Shown in pieces: positions 62,417 through 64,000 of a DNA stretch of 64,000 bases (position 1 is its first letter; each line of letters opens with the position of its first letter). Under the pieces are notes generated by a model. The model saw only the letters and a list, made by a program, of their open reading frames with translations, did not search any database and was not told where the DNA came from. The position numbers and the translations under genes are program-made. This stretch comes from Candidatus Cloacimonadales bacterium (GTDB lineage: Bacteria > Cloacimonadota > Cloacimonadia > Cloacimonadales > JAFGVF01). Location of the stretch: positions 832,001 to 896,000 of the forward strand of contig OY782781.1 of NCBI GenBank assembly GCA_963678315.1, read 5' to 3'.

Positions 62417-63040
62417 ATGCAGGAATTTTTTGCTAATAGAAGTAACGATATGACTCCTGAAGAGAAGTTTCAGGCTATTGGAGTATTGAAAGATAGATTG
62501 GAAGAAGATTTTGTAACTTTGGGTGAGTTGCTTTCAGAAATTAAAAGAATGAGAACATTCAAAATTAAAGGTGCTAAGAATTTCAAAGAGTTTGTTGAAA
62601 CTGAATATAATATGTCAAACAGTTTAGCTTCTAAATTGATAGGAATCTATGACTTATATGTTAAGGATTTGAATATTGATACACAAACAGTTAAAGAAAT
62701 CGGCATGGATAGATTAAATCTTATTAAACCTTTAATCAAAGATTCTTCATTTGAAGTACAAGAAGAGTGGGTTAAACAGGCTGAAGAGCTTAGTCATCAA
62801 GACTTGAAAGAAAAGATAAAAGAGATTAGAGACCAAGAAAAAGAGAATTCTAAGACCTTGAAAGATGTTCTAGTTGAACAGTACTTAGATAACATGAAAG
62901 GTTACTTTAATTGTTCTGGAAAAGAACTTAATTATAAGTTAGCTCTCTTCTTTCAAGATGCAGATTTAGAAAAGATAAATGATGTTATTAGAGATAAACA
63001 AAGAAAGTTTGAAGAAGAAATTAAAGGAGATAATATATAG
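62417..63040 (+). CDS. Hypothetical helical protein (DUF3102-like pattern, possibly DNA-binding)
   Basis: RBS aagga; LG.LL.EIK…F.EFV…S.S.A.KLI.IY pattern. Confidence 0.5.
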   Translation: MQEFFANRSNDMTPEEKFQAIGVLKDRLEEDFVTLGELLSEIKRMRTFKIKGAKNFKEFVETEYNMSNSLASKLIGIYDLYVKDLNIDTQTVKEIGMDRLNLIKPLIKDSSFEVQEEWVKQAEELSHQDLKEKIKEIRDQEKENSKTLKDVLVEQYLDNMKGYFNCSGKELNYKLALFFQDADLEKINDVIRDKQRKFEEEIKGDNI

Positions 63041-63088
63041 ATAGTTGCTGAGAAAACCGATTTTACAATAAACATTTTAGAGGAAATT

Positions 63089-64000
63089 ATGACAGATAGT
63101 TTAAAGATACTATGGATAGATGATGAAGTCCAATTACTAAAACCATTAGTAATGTTTTTGGAAAAGAAGGGTTATCAGGTAGAAGTAGCTTCTAATGGTA
63201 ACGACGGTATTCAGAAAGTAACAGATTCTAGCTTTGACCTTGTTCTTCTTGATGAGATGATGCCAGGTTTAGATGGTTTAGAAACTTTAAGTAGAATCAA
63301 ACAAATAGCTCCAGATTTACCAGTAGTTATGGTGACTAAGAGTGAGGAAGAAGGCTTGATGGATCAAGCGATTGCTAACCAAATTGCAGATTACTTAATA
63401 AAGCCTATTAACCCTAATCAAGTTGTTATGTCTATCAAGAAGATATTTGATTCTTCAACAATAAAACAAAATCAGCTTGGTCAGCAATATGCTCGCTTTG
63501 TAGGTGAGTTAAACGGTCGTTTGATGAATGGTCCAACTCGAGATGACTGGTATGAAATATACAATGATCTATGCAAATGGGATTTAAGAATAGCAGAAGT
63601 GAAAGACAGTGGACTAGAACAAATGCACTTCTTGCAAAAAAGAGACTGTAATAGTGAGTTTACTTCTTTCGTAGAAAAGAAATACTATAACTGGATTAAT
63701 ACAGATGAAAGACCAACGCTGTCTTTTGATATTATTTCTGAGTATGTTGCACCTCTTCTTGAAGAAGATAAACCGACCTATTTTATAATTCTAGATTGTA
63801 TGAGATTAGACCAGTATATGGCGATTGAACCTTATATAAAAGAACTGTTTGATGTAGACTTAAATCTTTACTATTCAATTCTACCTACAGCAACACCATA
63901 TTCCCGTAATGCTATCTTTAGTGGCTTACTTCCTATTGATATTGCAGAAAGGTTCCCAGAATATTGGGATAACTCTTCTGATATGGACAATAGTCGAAAT
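63089..64000 (+). CDS. PorX-like response regulator (REC + PglZ domain), 3'-truncated by the window edge
   Basis: Not in the ORF track: MTDSLKILWIDDE…LLDEMMPG…TKSEEE..MD.AI…DYLIKP.NPNQ, then ILDCMRLDQ and YSILPTATPYSRNAIFSG. Confidence 0.85.
   Translation, partial: MTDSLKILWIDDEVQLLKPLVMFLEKKGYQVEVASNGNDGIQKVTDSSFDLVLLDEMMPGLDGLETLSRIKQIAPDLPVVMVTKSEEEGLMDQAIANQIADYLIKPINPNQVVMSIKKIFDSSTIKQNQLGQQYARFVGELNGRLMNGPTRDDWYEIYNDLCKWDLRIAEVKDSGLEQMHFLQKRDCNSEFTSFVEKKYYNWINTDERPTLSFDIISEYVAPLLEEDKPTYFIILDCMRLDQYMAIEPYIKELFDVDLNLYYSILPTATPYSRNAIFSGLLPIDIAERFPEYWDNSSDMDNSRN

Overview
Low-GC bacterial chromosomal segment with about 47 genes. The organism is probably an anaerobic diderm of the Cloacimonadota/FCB neighbourhood. 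This is inferred from several secreted proteins ending in a FlgD-Ig/T9SS-like C-terminal domain (…TKKMILMK), a PorX-like regulator, rnfCDGEAB and an LPS heptosyltransferase. Contents: nnr, nadC, RNase P RNA, a short divergent Rho, gpt, rnhC, the Rnf operon, an IS4 element inside a large REP-like mosaic array, a cobalamin-riboswitch B12 uptake operon, ppx/DUF47/pit, a TPP-riboswitch thi4-thiE-thiC operon, rpmE-DUF1385-prfA-CBS-ftcD, several two-component proteins, a 1778-aa adhesin-like protein, rseP, tgt, panB and a partial porX-like gene. Main signals absent from the ORF track: (1) a secreted Omp28/thioredoxin-like protein starting at 22290 that reads through an in-frame UGA in a W-U-P-Y-C (UxxC) motif, a candidate selenoprotein; (2) a mirror-symmetric cluster of eight DnaA-box-like 9-mers inside a coding region (2182-2422); (3) tgt apparently initiating at AUC; (4) several co-occurring REP/MITE-like palindrome families, including a terminator-duplicating MITE and a REP-targeting IS4; (5) near absence of UGA stop codons. 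All calls come from reading the sequence and counts were made by eye. No database searches were run.
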